Below are positions 1-10,065 of a DNA stretch of 21,579 bases, piece after piece. The notes beneath the pieces are model-generated. The model had not been told where the DNA came from. It did not search any database and saw nothing but the letters and a program-made list of their open reading frames with translations. Location of the stretch: assembly GCA_963788655.1 (NCBI GenBank), contig CAWBHS010000085.1, positions 1-21,579 on the forward strand. Reading direction: 5' to 3'. Source of the stretch: an uncultured Verrucomicrobiae bacterium (GTDB lineage Bacteria > Verrucomicrobiota > Verrucomicrobiia > Limisphaerales > JAFGQR01). Within the stretch, counting starts at the first letter, position 1, and every line of letters begins with the position of its first letter. The translations under genes were made by a program, and so were the position numbers.

Positions 1-2118
1 ACCCGTGTCAGTTTCACCCGGTCCCGCAATTTCCCCGCCGTGTCGAAATACTCCAGGACCAGCTCGCCGGGACTGTCGTGAATCTTCAGAAAACCGGACA
101 CACTTTGATCCGGTTCATGCCATTGCGACTCGGCGAGAATGGTGCCCCAGCCGTGATGACTGCCGCCGCCCATCGCGACGGTGTAGTAAATGATTCCGTC
201 GCGATGAATCCGCTCGATGCCGTGGTAATGCGCCTGCAGCACCAGGTTGTAACCCATGCCGGCGAAGTTCATCCGGTTGGACGCGTCGCCGCCGCTGGTG
301 TGCGACGAATACGGGCAGCGATGGATCAGGCAAATCTTCCAGGGCTTCGCCGACGCTGCGGCTACGGCCGCCAGCCATTGGCCCATGTCGCTGGCTTCCT
401 GCGCGGCGGCGCTCGCCGCGTTGTAACCGCCGGCATTGGAGCCTTCCTCCGGGTTGTCGTTGTAAATCGCGATCAGGCAGTTGCCCAGTTCCAGCGCGTA
501 ATACGACTTGCCGCCGTTGTAACCGGTGGTGCCGTAGTAAGTGCCCCATTCATCCTCGCGCGTGACGTCGTAATCATGGTTGCCCATCGCCGGGTAGATC
601 AGCCCGCCGCGCAGGACCAATGCTGCTTTCAGGCTGTCATTGATGGCATACGAATTGGCGTCATCGGCGCTATCGCCCACCTGGATGACATTCAACGTGT
701 CGGCGTTCGGCGTGCAGAAGGGCCGCGTCCACTGCCGCGCCTCGCGCCGCGTCGTAACCGCCGGTCCGGTCGCCCAGGACCGCCAGCTTCGCCGACGACC
801 GCGCCGGCACCGGGAACAGGTTGAACTCGCTGAAGCGAATGCTCGAACCATCGGCGCCGGCCTTCATGATCGACCACCAGGTTGTAAGGCCCGGTCCCAC
901 TCGTCCGTTTCGACCTGGAAATACTTCGTGCCCACGCCGGCGGGAATGACCACATCGCCGCCGCCCGGCGCGCTGAAGCCGCCGGCCCCGCCTTCGATCC
1001 GCAAGTGGCCCACCGTGCCGTTTTCCTCAGCGATGACGCAGCGGCACCAATACACCGTGGACGGCGCCAGCCCGTTCACCGCGACCTCGGCATAGTTGGT
1101 ATCGTTGCTGAAGAACGCCAGGGTGATGCCATCCGCCGCCGCCCGCTGCCAGTGCCCACCACGGACCAGTTGCGAAATCTGTTCCATGGACGATGCGCAT
1201 TGTCCTCGGCGCCGTAGGTGTAAGGTGATCGTCGGGCGAATGGCTTCGTTGCCCTTCGCGTGCAACGCGGCAATGGCCGTCGCGTCCAACGCTTCGCTCC
1301 AGATCGCCACGCCGGCCATCAGTCCGGCGAAGAAGCCGCCGGCCGCCGATCCGAGAAGTATAGGACGTGCCGATGCCGGCCTTTTGAATCGAGTCGTTGC
1401 GCGGATGCGCGCCCGGCGTGACCGTCGCTTCGAGAGCGCCGTCCAGGTAAAGCTTCAGGTCCGTGCCATCGAACGTCAGCGCGGCATGATACCACTGCCC
1501 ATCGGCGATGTTCGTCGTGCCCACGATCCGATGGTTGTTGGGCGTGCCGGCCTCGATGTGCTCGAAGTCGCCGGCGAGCCGATAAGTGCTGCCGTTGTTG
1601 ACCTTGTTCAGATCCGAGGAACCAATTGCAGTCCACATTCGAGCCGTCCGCTTCGCCTCGGCCCTTGGTCACCAGCGGGACAATCGGGTCCGCCGTCGGA
1701 AACCCATCCGTTGCCCCGGCAGTGGTGGTGGTCACGCCCGCGCCGGTCTTCTTGAACCAGCACATAGATGGTGAACCGCTCCAGCCCAAACGGATACGCC
1801 GTATCCTCCAATCGGATTTGCGAGGAACTGCCGTTGAAGCTGGCCGCGTTCTCATTGGCGAAGCCCGGCGGTGTGGCCGAGGCAAACACGACGCCCGACG
1901 ACGCCACCGGATCATTGCCGGCAGGACCATCGTCATTGAGTGTCCGCCGCCAGCGGGTAGAACGCGACCAGGTTGGCGCCGTGGTTGGCCAGGAGGTAAT
2001 CCCCGTAGGTCACCACCCCGCCGCCGGCACCCGCCCGGGCCCGTCGCCGATCCTGCGCCCACAACGCCAGGAACGCCGCGCGCGACAAGCGCCGGTCAGG
2101 AAGCGCGTTTTCCACCAT
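1..2118 (-). pseudogene. LamG/concanavalin-like jelly-roll domain fused to a C-terminal calcineurin-like metallophosphoesterase; multiple frameshifts, 3' end off window
   Basis: ATG at 2118 with GGAAGG upstream. Stitched frames give LamG features (AASFNGSSS, WFKKT, DGQWYHAALTFDGTDLKLYLDG, FAGLMAGVAIWSEAL). Manual translation of ~780->1, mostly absent from the ORF track, gives VLGD, VIQVGDSADD, PAMGNHDY, LIHRCPYSS, VLQAHYHGIER: the five metallophosphoesterase motifs in order. Confidence 0.8.
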
Positions 2119-2189
2119 GCCTTCCCTTTCCGGTAGCTGCGTTGGTGACAACGTGGCTGACTTTATCGCTGACAACTTGCTGCGCCGTT

Positions 2190-2324
2190 TCAAAGGCTTC
2201 GTCGACTTACCTTGGCGTCGCTCGGTTCTTCGCCCTCTGGAGCTGGTAACAGTTCCTTCACCTGGTTCTCCTCCGGCAACAACGGCCGCCGCACCCGTCG
2301 AATGATTGGATACAAACCTTCCAT
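2190..2324 (-). CDS. small hypothetical protein (MEGLYPIIRRVRRPLLP...)
   Basis: Short ORF co-oriented between the capsid and LamG genes; start could be 2360. No recognisable domain. Confidence 0.4.
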   Translation of the reverse strand: MEGLYPIIRRVRRPLLPEENQVKELLPAPEGEEPSDAKVSRRSL

Positions 2325-2367
2325 TTGCTTGATCGGGCTCGGACCGAGAGTCGAGGGCATCCATTCC

Positions 2368-2395
2368 CTCAACTCTCAGCCCTCAACCCTCAACT
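2368..2395. repeat. 4 x heptamer tandem repeat CTCA(A/G)C(T/C)
   Basis: CTCAACT CTCAGCC CTCAACC CTCAACT, directly after the capsid stop codon. Confidence 0.8.
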
Positions 2396-3408
2396 CAGTT
2401 GTTATGCTCGATCGCCACAATCCGGACGTTCTTGTTCTCGAACACCCGGACCCAGTTCGCCTGGCTCTCCAGTTCCGCGTTGGTCGGCGAGTCGCCCGCC
2501 ACGCTGGCGCTGGTGAACTTCACGCCCCGCGGATGCAGGATGTAACGGCGCCGATTGATCAGCACCGTGTCGCTGTCCAGCGGCACCCGCGCCAGTCTCC
2601 ACGCCCTCCGTGCCGTGCCCGCCTTGCAGCGGCTCGCCATCCAGCGGCGCCACGCCCTGCCCGAACGCGCCCGGCCCGAACAGGTAGCTGGTATAGACCA
2701 GTCCATCCGTGGTGCCCGCTCGCGCCGGCAGGTTGTCATCCACGATCACCCGCCGGCCCTGGAACGTCCGGATCTGCGCCTTGCCCTCGCTGTCGGGAAT
2801 GAAGTCGATCAGGTCCAGCTTGCGCAACGCCGCCTCGGTCGCCGAATGCATCGCCATCGCCGTCAGCCGGTCCGCCCGGTCGCCCAGCTTCGCCGTCGCA
2901 TCCACGAACGTCGCGCCGTTCAGGCGCGTGCTCGCCGATTGCCCGGCCACTGTTTCGCTCGCGATGGCCAGCAGGTTGCCCGCCATGCTCGCCGCCGCCG
3001 AAGATGCCTTTGAGACACGAGATGATCAGGCCCTCGTCCGTGCGCGCCCAGTAGCCGGCCACCAGGTCCACGATGGCCTGCATCGGGTCATCGCCCGAAA
3101 TCACCTTCGCCAGGTGATTCACGCTCCACACCTGCGCATCGTTGTGAATGCGCGCGATGTCCTGGTCGCTGGTGATCTTGTTCACCGCTCAGCGACGCCG
3201 AGTCGCTCAGGATTTGCCGGGTCGCGGTCAGGTCCTTCCAGAAGGGCATCTTCACTTCGCGCCCGCCGCCCGCCGCCAGTTCGTCGAACTCCGGCGCACT
3301 CTCCACGATGCCCGACTGGCCGAACGCGGACAGTTCCGCCGTCCGCTCAATCGCGTATTTCTCGAACTCCGTCGGGATGATGATGTCGGCAACAGCCGTC
3401 TTAGCCAT
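2395..3408 (-). pseudogene. phage major capsid (coat) protein, ~3 frameshifts
   Basis: ATG 3408 with GGAG upstream. Fragments join as MAKTAVADIIIPTEFEKY...KMPFWKDL / ...SGDDPMQAI...YWAR / ...AKLGDRADRLTAMAMHSA...FQGRRVIVDD...YTSYLFGPGAF / ...LINRRRYILHPRGVKF...SPTNAELESQANWVRVFENKNVRIV. Shifts near 3186, 2995 and 2595. Directly follows the scaffold gene. Confidence 0.88.
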
Positions 3409-3459
3409 AGTTGTGTCTCCGGTAGGGACGCATTCCACTGCGTCCGATTATTGATCCGC

Positions 3460-4230
3460 TTACGCCGCCGCTTTCAGCCGCTGCGCCAATTGCGGATCGG
3501 ATTTCATCAGTTTCATTTGCTCCGTGAGATTCCACGTTTCCTTGCGGAAGGGATTCTTCACGGGCCCTTTTCCACCGACTCCCCCGGAGCCGTTGCCGGC
3601 AGCCCCGCTGCCCGCGTTGGATTCGAACAGATGGGGAGCTTCGGCCACTTGCGTGTCCACCCACTCCTCCAAAGTCATTGGGGTCACCCCGTCCTTGCCG
3701 TAGCGAACGGTCTCGCCGTCCGCTTCGAACGCCCGGGGCACACCGTTCTCCAGTTTGAACACACTGCGCGCCCGCGCGGTGATGTCCGTCAGCGCCGTCG
3801 GACGCAGACCGCGCTTCGTGGCGGCGGTGATGACGCCCTGGTCGATCTGGATGGCCGTCAGGCGACTGGTCAGCGACTGGCGCTCGGCCGTCAACGCTTC
3901 GACCTGCTTGTCCCATTCGGCCTTGAGTCCCTTGACGCGGTTCTCGACCACCTTGTCCACCTCGCCGGCCTTGAGTTGCTGCTCTTCCTCGAGCCGCTGC
4001 TTTTCCTCAGCCAGCTTGCGGACCTCATCGGGATCGATGCCATCGAACCGCTTCTGCAGATCCTCAATCTGCCGCTTCAGGGCCACGTTGTTCTTTCGGA
4101 ACTCGTCCAACTTGGCCTTGTCCGGGACCCCGTCCACGTCCAACTGCCAGGCGCCTTCACGCTCTGCGTAAAAGGGCTGATGTTCCGCCGGAATTTCGTC
4201 CTTCGATTGGTATGTAAACTTGAGTGCCAT
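3460..4230 (-). CDS. phage capsid scaffolding protein
   Basis: 256 aa, charged coiled-coil, with PHLFESNAGSGAAG linker and KNPF...WNLTEQMKLMKSDPQLAQRLKAAA C-terminus typical of scaffolds; immediately upstream of the capsid gene. Confidence 0.85.
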   Translation of the reverse strand: MALKFTYQSKDEIPAEHQPFYAEREGAWQLDVDGVPDKAKLDEFRKNNVALKRQIEDLQKRFDGIDPDEVRKLAEEKQRLEEEQQLKAGEVDKVVENRVKGLKAEWDKQVEALTAERQSLTSRLTAIQIDQGVITAATKRGLRPTALTDITARARSVFKLENGVPRAFEADGETVRYGKDGVTPMTLEEWVDTQVAEAPHLFESNAGSGAAGNGSGGVGGKGPVKNPFRKETWNLTEQMKLMKSDPQLAQRLKAAA

Positions 4231-4449
4231 AATTCGCGTCGGCTCACGTTATACACCCAGCTTTTTCGCTGGTGCGGGAGGTAAAGGAGTCGGACTTGGT
4301 GGCTCAGGTCCCTATAGGACACAAGGGGGACGCGTCAGGACAGGAGAGGACCCAAGATTTTTGAAAAAATTGTTGACGTGAATTTCCGCACAAAATGGAT
4401 CCCCGTGCAAAAACGCGCCGCCGACTGCGATTTTGCCCTGATAACAAAC

Positions 4450-4479
4450 TTGGCTATTCTCTGTTAATCGTGGTATCCT
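4450..4479 (+). promoter_or_regulatory. candidate sigma-70 promoter of parDE
   Basis: TTGGCT-N18-TATCCT with an extended -10 TG, ~32 bp upstream of ATG 4512 in an AT-richer spacer. Confidence 0.4.
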
Positions 4480-4511
4480 GCGCTTGGATTCGGAATTAAG
4501 CTGAACATCGT

Positions 4512-4778
4512 ATGAACGTATCCCTGACACCTGAACTCGAAAAACTGGTGGAGAAAAAGGTCAAAAGCGGCCGTTACCAGTCCGCCAGCGAAGTCGTACG
4601 CGAAGGCCTTCGCCTGCTGGACGATCAGGATCGCTTGCGTGAACTCCGCCTGGATACCGTTCGCCAGCAAATCAAGGTCGGTCTGGACCAATTGGATCGC
4701 GGTGAAGGCATTCCCGGTGACGAAGTTTTAAAGCGACTCCAAAAGAAGAGCGCAGCCGCCAAGCGGCGATCCCGATGA
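4512..4778 (+). CDS. parD: type II TA antitoxin, ParD family (ribbon-helix-helix)
   Basis: MNVSLTPELEKLVEKKVKSGRYQSASEVVREGLRLL signature; ATGA overlap with the toxin. Confidence 0.92.
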   Translation: MNVSLTPELEKLVEKKVKSGRYQSASEVVREGLRLLDDQDRLRELRLDTVRQQIKVGLDQLDRGEGIPGDEVLKRLQKKSAAAKRRSR

Positions 4779-5098
4779 GCGCCTTTATCTTGGCGCCAGC
4801 CGCAGCCGATGACCTCGAGGCTGCGTGGGATTACTACGCCTTTGAGCTGGAAAACATCGAAGCCGCCGATCACATTCGCGATGAACTTTTCGCGGCCATG
4901 GGCGAGTTGGCCAAAACACCCGGCATGGGCCACTTCCGCAGCGATCTCTCCCCGGAACCGTTGCGCTTCTGGAAAGTCCGTCGTTACTTGATTATTTACC
5001 GGAGCGAGAGACGCCCCATTGAAATCGTGCGTGTATTGCACGGATCACAGGATGTGGGGACCATCCTGGAAACCGATTCAGGGGAATCCTCAGATTAA
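4775..5098 (+). CDS. parE: type II TA toxin, RelE/ParE family
   Basis: ILAPAAADDL...LAKTPGMGHFRSDL...YLIIYR...IEIVRVLHGSQD; coupled to parD. Confidence 0.92.
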   Translation: MSAFILAPAAADDLEAAWDYYAFELENIEAADHIRDELFAAMGELAKTPGMGHFRSDLSPEPLRFWKVRRYLIIYRSERRPIEIVRVLHGSQDVGTILETDSGESSD

Positions 5099-5193
5099 GC
5101 CATTGGTGACAGGTGCCATACGGCGAGGTGAATCAACCTATACACCCTTCTTTTTCATGGGGCAGGAGGTAAAGGGTGTCACGAGTAACGAAC

Positions 5194-6684
5194 TCACGAG
5201 ATCACGGGACTCGATGATGACTTCTGAACGGGTTCATCATCATTGGAATCCCGGTTGTCTTTCTCTTCATCAATCAGCTTCGATTCCTCTGCGTTGGTGC
5301 GTCCTTCGGGTAGGATTTCTCCCCGACGGAACAAATCCAACATGGTGTCCTGACTCATCGCGCCGCTTTGCCAGGCTTTCACCACGGCAGTCAGTTCCGT
5401 TGCGGACATTCCCTTCGTGCTGAAGTCGGTATTCAGTTCGATGACGACCTGGTCATTGGTGACATCGTCCGGCAGTTCCTCCGTCGAATTCCACCAGTAG
5501 GCCCAGGCGAGCACCTGCGACAGTGACGCGCTCACACTGAGTGCAATGTTGCTCAGGATACTGTTCTCCCCGCTCTGCCGGAGTTCAATCGCTTCGGCGC
5601 TTTCCCCGACCTTCTTTTGGCTTTCCAGAAGGCGGGCGCCCAGCACCGCCATCAGACGCTCATCCCGATCCAACGCACGCTCGAATGTCTTCAGTCCCTG
5701 CCCGGTGTATTCCAGGAAGCCAGCGGTGGCACCCGTGGTCTCCGTGACCCAGGCAGTGCTCGATCCGATTCGGAGCGTGGCGTCCTTGTCGAATCCACTC
5801 ACCCAGGCAGTCGGCAGCGCGGTGAAATGCATCCCATGTTTGAAGTCCGCATCCAGACGATAGTGATCCAAGTTCACGGTGATGACATCACCGAGGGGAA
5901 GCTTCTCGCAATCAGGCAGGAAATGACGCGGACCATGAAAAACGAACGGAATCATCGGCAAGGGTTTCCCCAGGCGCAAAGGTATCCGGGTTTCCTTGAG
6001 TTCCCACTCAGATTGTTGGCGCTTCGATTTCTTTTCTGCTCGTTGCCAGATGTCCACCTGGCACACATGACCAGTTTCACCAGGCACGAGCTTTAACACA
6101 CGGAGTTGATCGACTTCCTGTTGCTCGAACTCATCGTCATTCTGCATTCCACCGTCCACAGTCTCAGCAAGCACGACCAGCGTCAGGACACTACGACCAT
6201 TGATTCGTCCGACTCTCCAATTGAGGATGTTCTCCGCGGCATACCGGGTGACATACACCCGGTTCTCATGGTGGCCCGTGCGGCTCGCACCTTCCCAGTC
6301 CACGAGGCTACCAACTCGACCAATGCTCATGACTTCAGTCACGATGGTTTTCGCATAGGTGGTGAATGGCGTCCCACGCATGTCGGCATCATTGGCGAAG
6401 TCCGCAAGCGCTTTTCCAATCGCACTCGATCCTTCGGGAAGCTTGATGAATGGAGGACGACGAAAGATCAGACCGACGTAACCGTCCGCAGTGCGAGCGG
6501 TCGCGTTGAAAAAGGAGGCACGCGCACGATAGGCACCATACTCGTCATCCGTCTGGGCTTCGAGACGCGGTAGATACTTTTCCCCCGCGGACTTCACGGC
6601 ATCTTCCCCGGCGAGAACATCACGCGCGCGCAACCAAGTCGGCAGGTTGGCGTCGTATTCAGCATGAGTCGTGTTGACTGGCAT
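5194..6684 (-). CDS. phage portal protein (DUF4055-type)
   Basis: ~496 aa intact ORF, probable start 6684 (MPVNTTHAEY). YLPRL...Y.AY.ARA.FFNAT.RT, IPFVFHG, NLDHYR..AD, ESAEA motifs and acidic tail; leads the scaffold/capsid cluster. Confidence 0.85.
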   Translation of the reverse strand: MPVNTTHAEYDANLPTWLRARDVLAGEDAVKSAGEKYLPRLEAQTDDEYGAYRARASFFNATARTADGYVGLIFRRPPFIKLPEGSSAIGKALADFANDADMRGTPFTTYAKTIVTEVMSIGRVGSLVDWEGASRTGHHENRVYVTRYAAENILNWRVGRINGRSVLTLVVLAETVDGGMQNDDEFEQQEVDQLRVLKLVPGETGHVCQVDIWQRAEKKSKRQQSEWELKETRIPLRLGKPLPMIPFVFHGPRHFLPDCEKLPLGDVITVNLDHYRLDADFKHGMHFTALPTAWVSGFDKDATLRIGSSTAWVTETTGATAGFLEYTGQGLKTFERALDRDERLMAVLGARLLESQKKVGESAEAIELRQSGENSILSNIALSVSASLSQVLAWAYWWNSTEELPDDVTNDQVVIELNTDFSTKGMSATELTAVVKAWQSGAMSQDTMLDLFRRGEILPEGRTNAEESKLIDEEKDNRDSNDDEPVQKSSSSPVIS

Positions 6685-7199
6685 ACACCTCATTTCTACC
6701 ACGGGTTATCATGGATCGAATCGATGCACCGCAACCCGTTCGTGTCCCAGCAGGCACAGACGCAGACACCACGAGGACAAGGTAGGACATTCGATTCGCA
6801 TCAAAACTCTTGACGCGTTTTTCCAGGGGTATCCCTCCACCCAAACCTTTCCAGGTTTCCTGAATCCATTTAGGCACCCCAATGACGCAAGCGCATCCCC
6901 CAATGTCCGACCCAACCACAATTCCCAATGTCGAAAGTCCAGTAGCTTGCGAACGCGCCTCCGCTGGCGCGACCTCCAATGCGCCTTCAGTAATCCGAAG
7001 CCCGCTCCAAAACCACCGACTTACGCTGGCGCACCAGCGAACGCTGCCAGGAAACGCAAACACCAGTGTGCCGGCTAACCAACCATTCGTAACCGGTCGC
7101 GCTGCGAAATTCCACCGCGCGCCAATGCGAACGGCTCAGGTATGCAAGCGGCATCACGCACAGGACACCAGTGGGGACTTGAACCGGTCCGGGCACCGA

Positions 7200-8760
7200 G
7201 TCGCGGCAGGGTAACTTGAACGGGTCATTCCACGCACGGTCACTGACGCGCATGCTCGCAAGCTCGCACCGGCCGCCGGTCTGCGTTGTTCCAGCGCTGC
7301 TCTCCGGCGGCCTTGCGCTACCGGCGCGCGCGTTAAGGCGGTGCTGGTAATTCCAGCCCGCGCACCAATCCCGCCCAAGTCTAATTCCAACGGGCTCTTG
7401 CGCGCGCCGGTCAGTGACCCGAACTGCTCGCCTTACGGCTCGGCAGTCGGCAAGGCTTGGAATTTGGAAGGGCGGCTCAAGCGGTGGTGGTTACGGCGAA
7501 CGCCAGCCAACTTCGCGGCCCAATTGCGCGAATGGCAGCCGCGCCCGCCGCCCTGGGGACTGGTCGTGTCTGCCGCCTGCTGGCAGAGCTTCGCCCCCGC
7601 TGCCGGTCCTGTCGCATCCGCTTTCGGCCCGGCAGTCGGCGCAGACGGCAGAGAGGGTTTTCGAACGGGCCGGCCAAGCGTCGCGAGCTTGCTGCTGCCG
7701 GTTCGTTTAGCCCCGCACACTCCCGGCTGCCTCCGGCACCGCGCAACTCGCGACCCTTGGCCGCGGCCGGGGGCGGCTGACTGCGGTCCAACTGAGCCCG
7801 CGCCAGTCAGCATCGTACGTTCCACTCGCGCGACCCGCTCCGCAAACAACGCTCCACGGACGCTCCTGTTCCAGCGTCCACGGCGCTCCCTGCCGTTCCG
7901 GCGCAGATGGAGCCAGACAGCCGATCACCCCGGCTCCGGGAGATCAGCCGCTCCGTTCCTCCGCGACTGAACTCCCTTCGCCCCCCAATGTCAGTCTGAC
8001 CTCTGGCCAGTCGGGCTCCGCGACGGGCCGACTGGCCAGCCCACCACCCCACTGGCCACGGCGCCATCGCTCCACCCGCCCAGCCAGAAGTCAGAGCAGC
8101 GCGGCCCCCGCGACCCGCTTCGGAACGGCGGCAGACTGCGCGTTAAATCGCTCCGGCTACGATGCTCGTTCCTGTGCGTCTGGGCCTCCGCGATTTGAAC
8201 CCGCAGACTGCCGCCTGATGGATGCCTGACTTCGCTGGGGCAGAACGCTCCATTCCATTCCCACTCCGCCACTGGCCGCCGACCTCCGCCCTTCGCGCAC
8301 TCCGGACATCGCCCGCCGGCCATTGGCTCCGTGTCCATTTCCTGGCGCGATCTGCCCCAGCGAAGACAGGCGGATGATGCGCGCCAGTCACGCTGGCTGC
8401 TACACGACCCGCACCCAGCGCGCCAGTCCCGACCGCTGCCGCGTATCCAGTGGAGGATGGTCCAGTCGGAGGGCGACCCCGCCGTTGGTTGGACTGCTTT
8501 GCTCGGGCCTGGCATGCGGGACCGGCCCAGGGCTACGCTTCTCGCTCCAAGTCTTCGCTGCGAGGCTGGGCACTGGCCCTTGCTGACCCTGCCGGAGCCA
8601 ACACACATTGTGCGTGCGCTCCGCACATATTCCTGTTCCCGGTCGCCGCCCCAACGGGTCCCCCCCGGCGGAATATGTCGCACAATGTGGAGTTGGCTTC
8701 ACCAGGGTCTTGCATCCCGCACGCCAGGCCCTCGCTCCGCGGTTTGATTGGAAGTTTCCG
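7200..8760 (-). other. large, highly structured non-coding region A (candidate ncRNA or ssDNA structure); boundaries approximate
   Basis: At least 10 helices of 8-25 bp checked by eye (see findings); overlapping ORFs are R/A/P/G-rich and not credible. Strand is inferred from only three wobble positions. Confidence 0.6.
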
Positions 8761-9013
8761 GGGTCGCTGGGGGAATCATTTCGCTGCGCTCCATTAAGGG
8801 CAATGCTTCGCAATGCCATAGACACAAAAAACGGTTTTGGTAACAGCAGCCAAGGAGGTGCCCAAGTTTCTTCAATTCGCCAGTGATCCCCCCGCGCCGT
8901 ATTCTCTTCAGCCAATTTGACCACCAGTGCGTCCGGCCTCCACCCAAAACGATTTCGCATGTAATCCCTCCAACGAGAAGCCCTGACGGCTCCGCCGGAA
9001 AAAGCTCTCCAGC

Positions 9014-9366
9014 ATGATGAAAAGCAACAACGAAAAAATCACCAACATCACCTTCCAAGCCAGCGCCACCATGTCGGCTCCTTATATCACCCAAGTCACC
9101 GACGCCATCGCCCAGCGCGAAGTCCAGGCAGCCCTCAAGGCGCTCCAGCAGGCCCTGGCCCCGTTTCAGGCCACGGTGACCTACGACAGCTTCGAGCACT
9201 TCAGCACTGGCGGCGGCATGCACGACTACGAAGTCCGCTACCAAGTCCAGATGCCGACCGACCAGGCGAGCGCGTTCCTGCAAGCGCCGCGGCAACCGAG
9301 TTGGCCGGCGCAGACGGCGACTGGACGTTCGAGGTCCCGGGGTTTGTGTTGGGGCCTGTCGGTTAA
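9014..9366 (+). CDS. hypothetical protein, probable frameshift near 9286
   Basis: Protein-like to ...QASAFLQA, then continues in another frame as AATELAGADGDWTFEVPGFVLGPVG* (TAA 9364-9366), just before the next gene's RBS. Confidence 0.6.
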
Positions 9367-9380
9367 TGGAGGCCCTGACC

Positions 9381-9722
9381 ATGAAACACACGCTCCAGTG
9401 CTTCACCGTCACTTCCCCGACCGCAAAGGCCAAGGTCGCCCAGGTGATCGAGTTGCTGGGTGGAACCTGCGCGCGATTGCCACGCCCTTCGAGCGGCATT
9501 CGCTGGCGCTTAACACGATCGAGCGCGGAAGAGCTTGGCATTGGCGGTTGCTCCCCCGAGGATGGGCCGATCCAGCGTTCATTTTCCGCCACGGGCAGGC
9601 TCAAAACGAAAAGGGCGTTGGCCACATTCATTCCAAGTCTCAGTCTCAAAAGGAACCGAGCCCTGCCGCATGCTTCCCAGTTTGTCTTCGCCGACCGGGG
9701 TGAGTTGCTCCCCACGGAATGA
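9381..9722 (+). CDS. hypothetical protein
   Basis: GGAGG upstream of ATG 9381; stop overlaps the next ATG (ATGA). Confidence 0.5.
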   Translation: MKHTLQCFTVTSPTAKAKVAQVIELLGGTCARLPRPSSGIRWRLTRSSAEELGIGGCSPEDGPIQRSFSATGRLKTKRALATFIPSLSLKRNRALPHASQFVFADRGELLPTE

Positions 9723-10065
9723 ATCCGCGTCGCAGCCCGCACGAAATCAAGCCCGTTCTCCGACTCTCGCCCAAACCGGGTGGTGATTATCGGGGGGCAG
9801 GCCGTTAGTCTTTGGGCGGAACACTACCAGAAAGATGCCTCCCCGAGGACGGGCCTGCGCCCCTATACCAGTTTTGATCTCGACGTTCTGGACGGCCGCA
9901 CGGACGTATTAAAGTGCAACCAAGCGCTTGAGGCAGAGCCCTTCTTCCCGCACCCCTCCGAAAACACGGCAAACTCCGGCAAGATCGTCACGGTCGTCGG
10001 CGGCTCTGAATTTGAGATCGACTTCCTGCATAGTCCCAACGGCTTGACGCCCGCGGCCAATTGCC
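9719..10065 (+). pseudogene. Pol-beta-superfamily nucleotidyltransferase fragment
   Basis: Frameshift near 9780, then VVIIGGQAVSLWAEHY...PYTSFDLDVL...EIDFLHSPNGL (GG + DxD + third Asp). Protein-like sequence is lost after ~10060. Confidence 0.7.

Noticed and set aside
2080..2118. Tat signal on the LamG protein (RRLSRAAFL)
   Set aside because: Lacks the intact SRRxFL motif and a hydrophobic h-region as sequenced.
2144..2179. 12-bp periodic TGAC repeats upstream of the LamG gene
   Set aside because: Three short degenerate copies; could be chance.
2395..3408. Programmed ribosomal frameshifting in the capsid gene
   Set aside because: Three shifts with no slippery heptamers noticed; neighbouring genes show similar indels.
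78..4284. Long plus-strand ORFs (78-824, 1096-1755, 3148-4284 and others)
   Set aside because: Antisense shadows of the high-GC minus-strand phage genes.
8670..8700. dif/Xer site
   Set aside because: Only a loose XerC-like half; no TTATGTTAAAT-like XerD arm.
7341..8960. ORFs overlapping structured region A
   Set aside because: R/P/A/G/W-rich, no motifs; expected by chance in GC-rich DNA.
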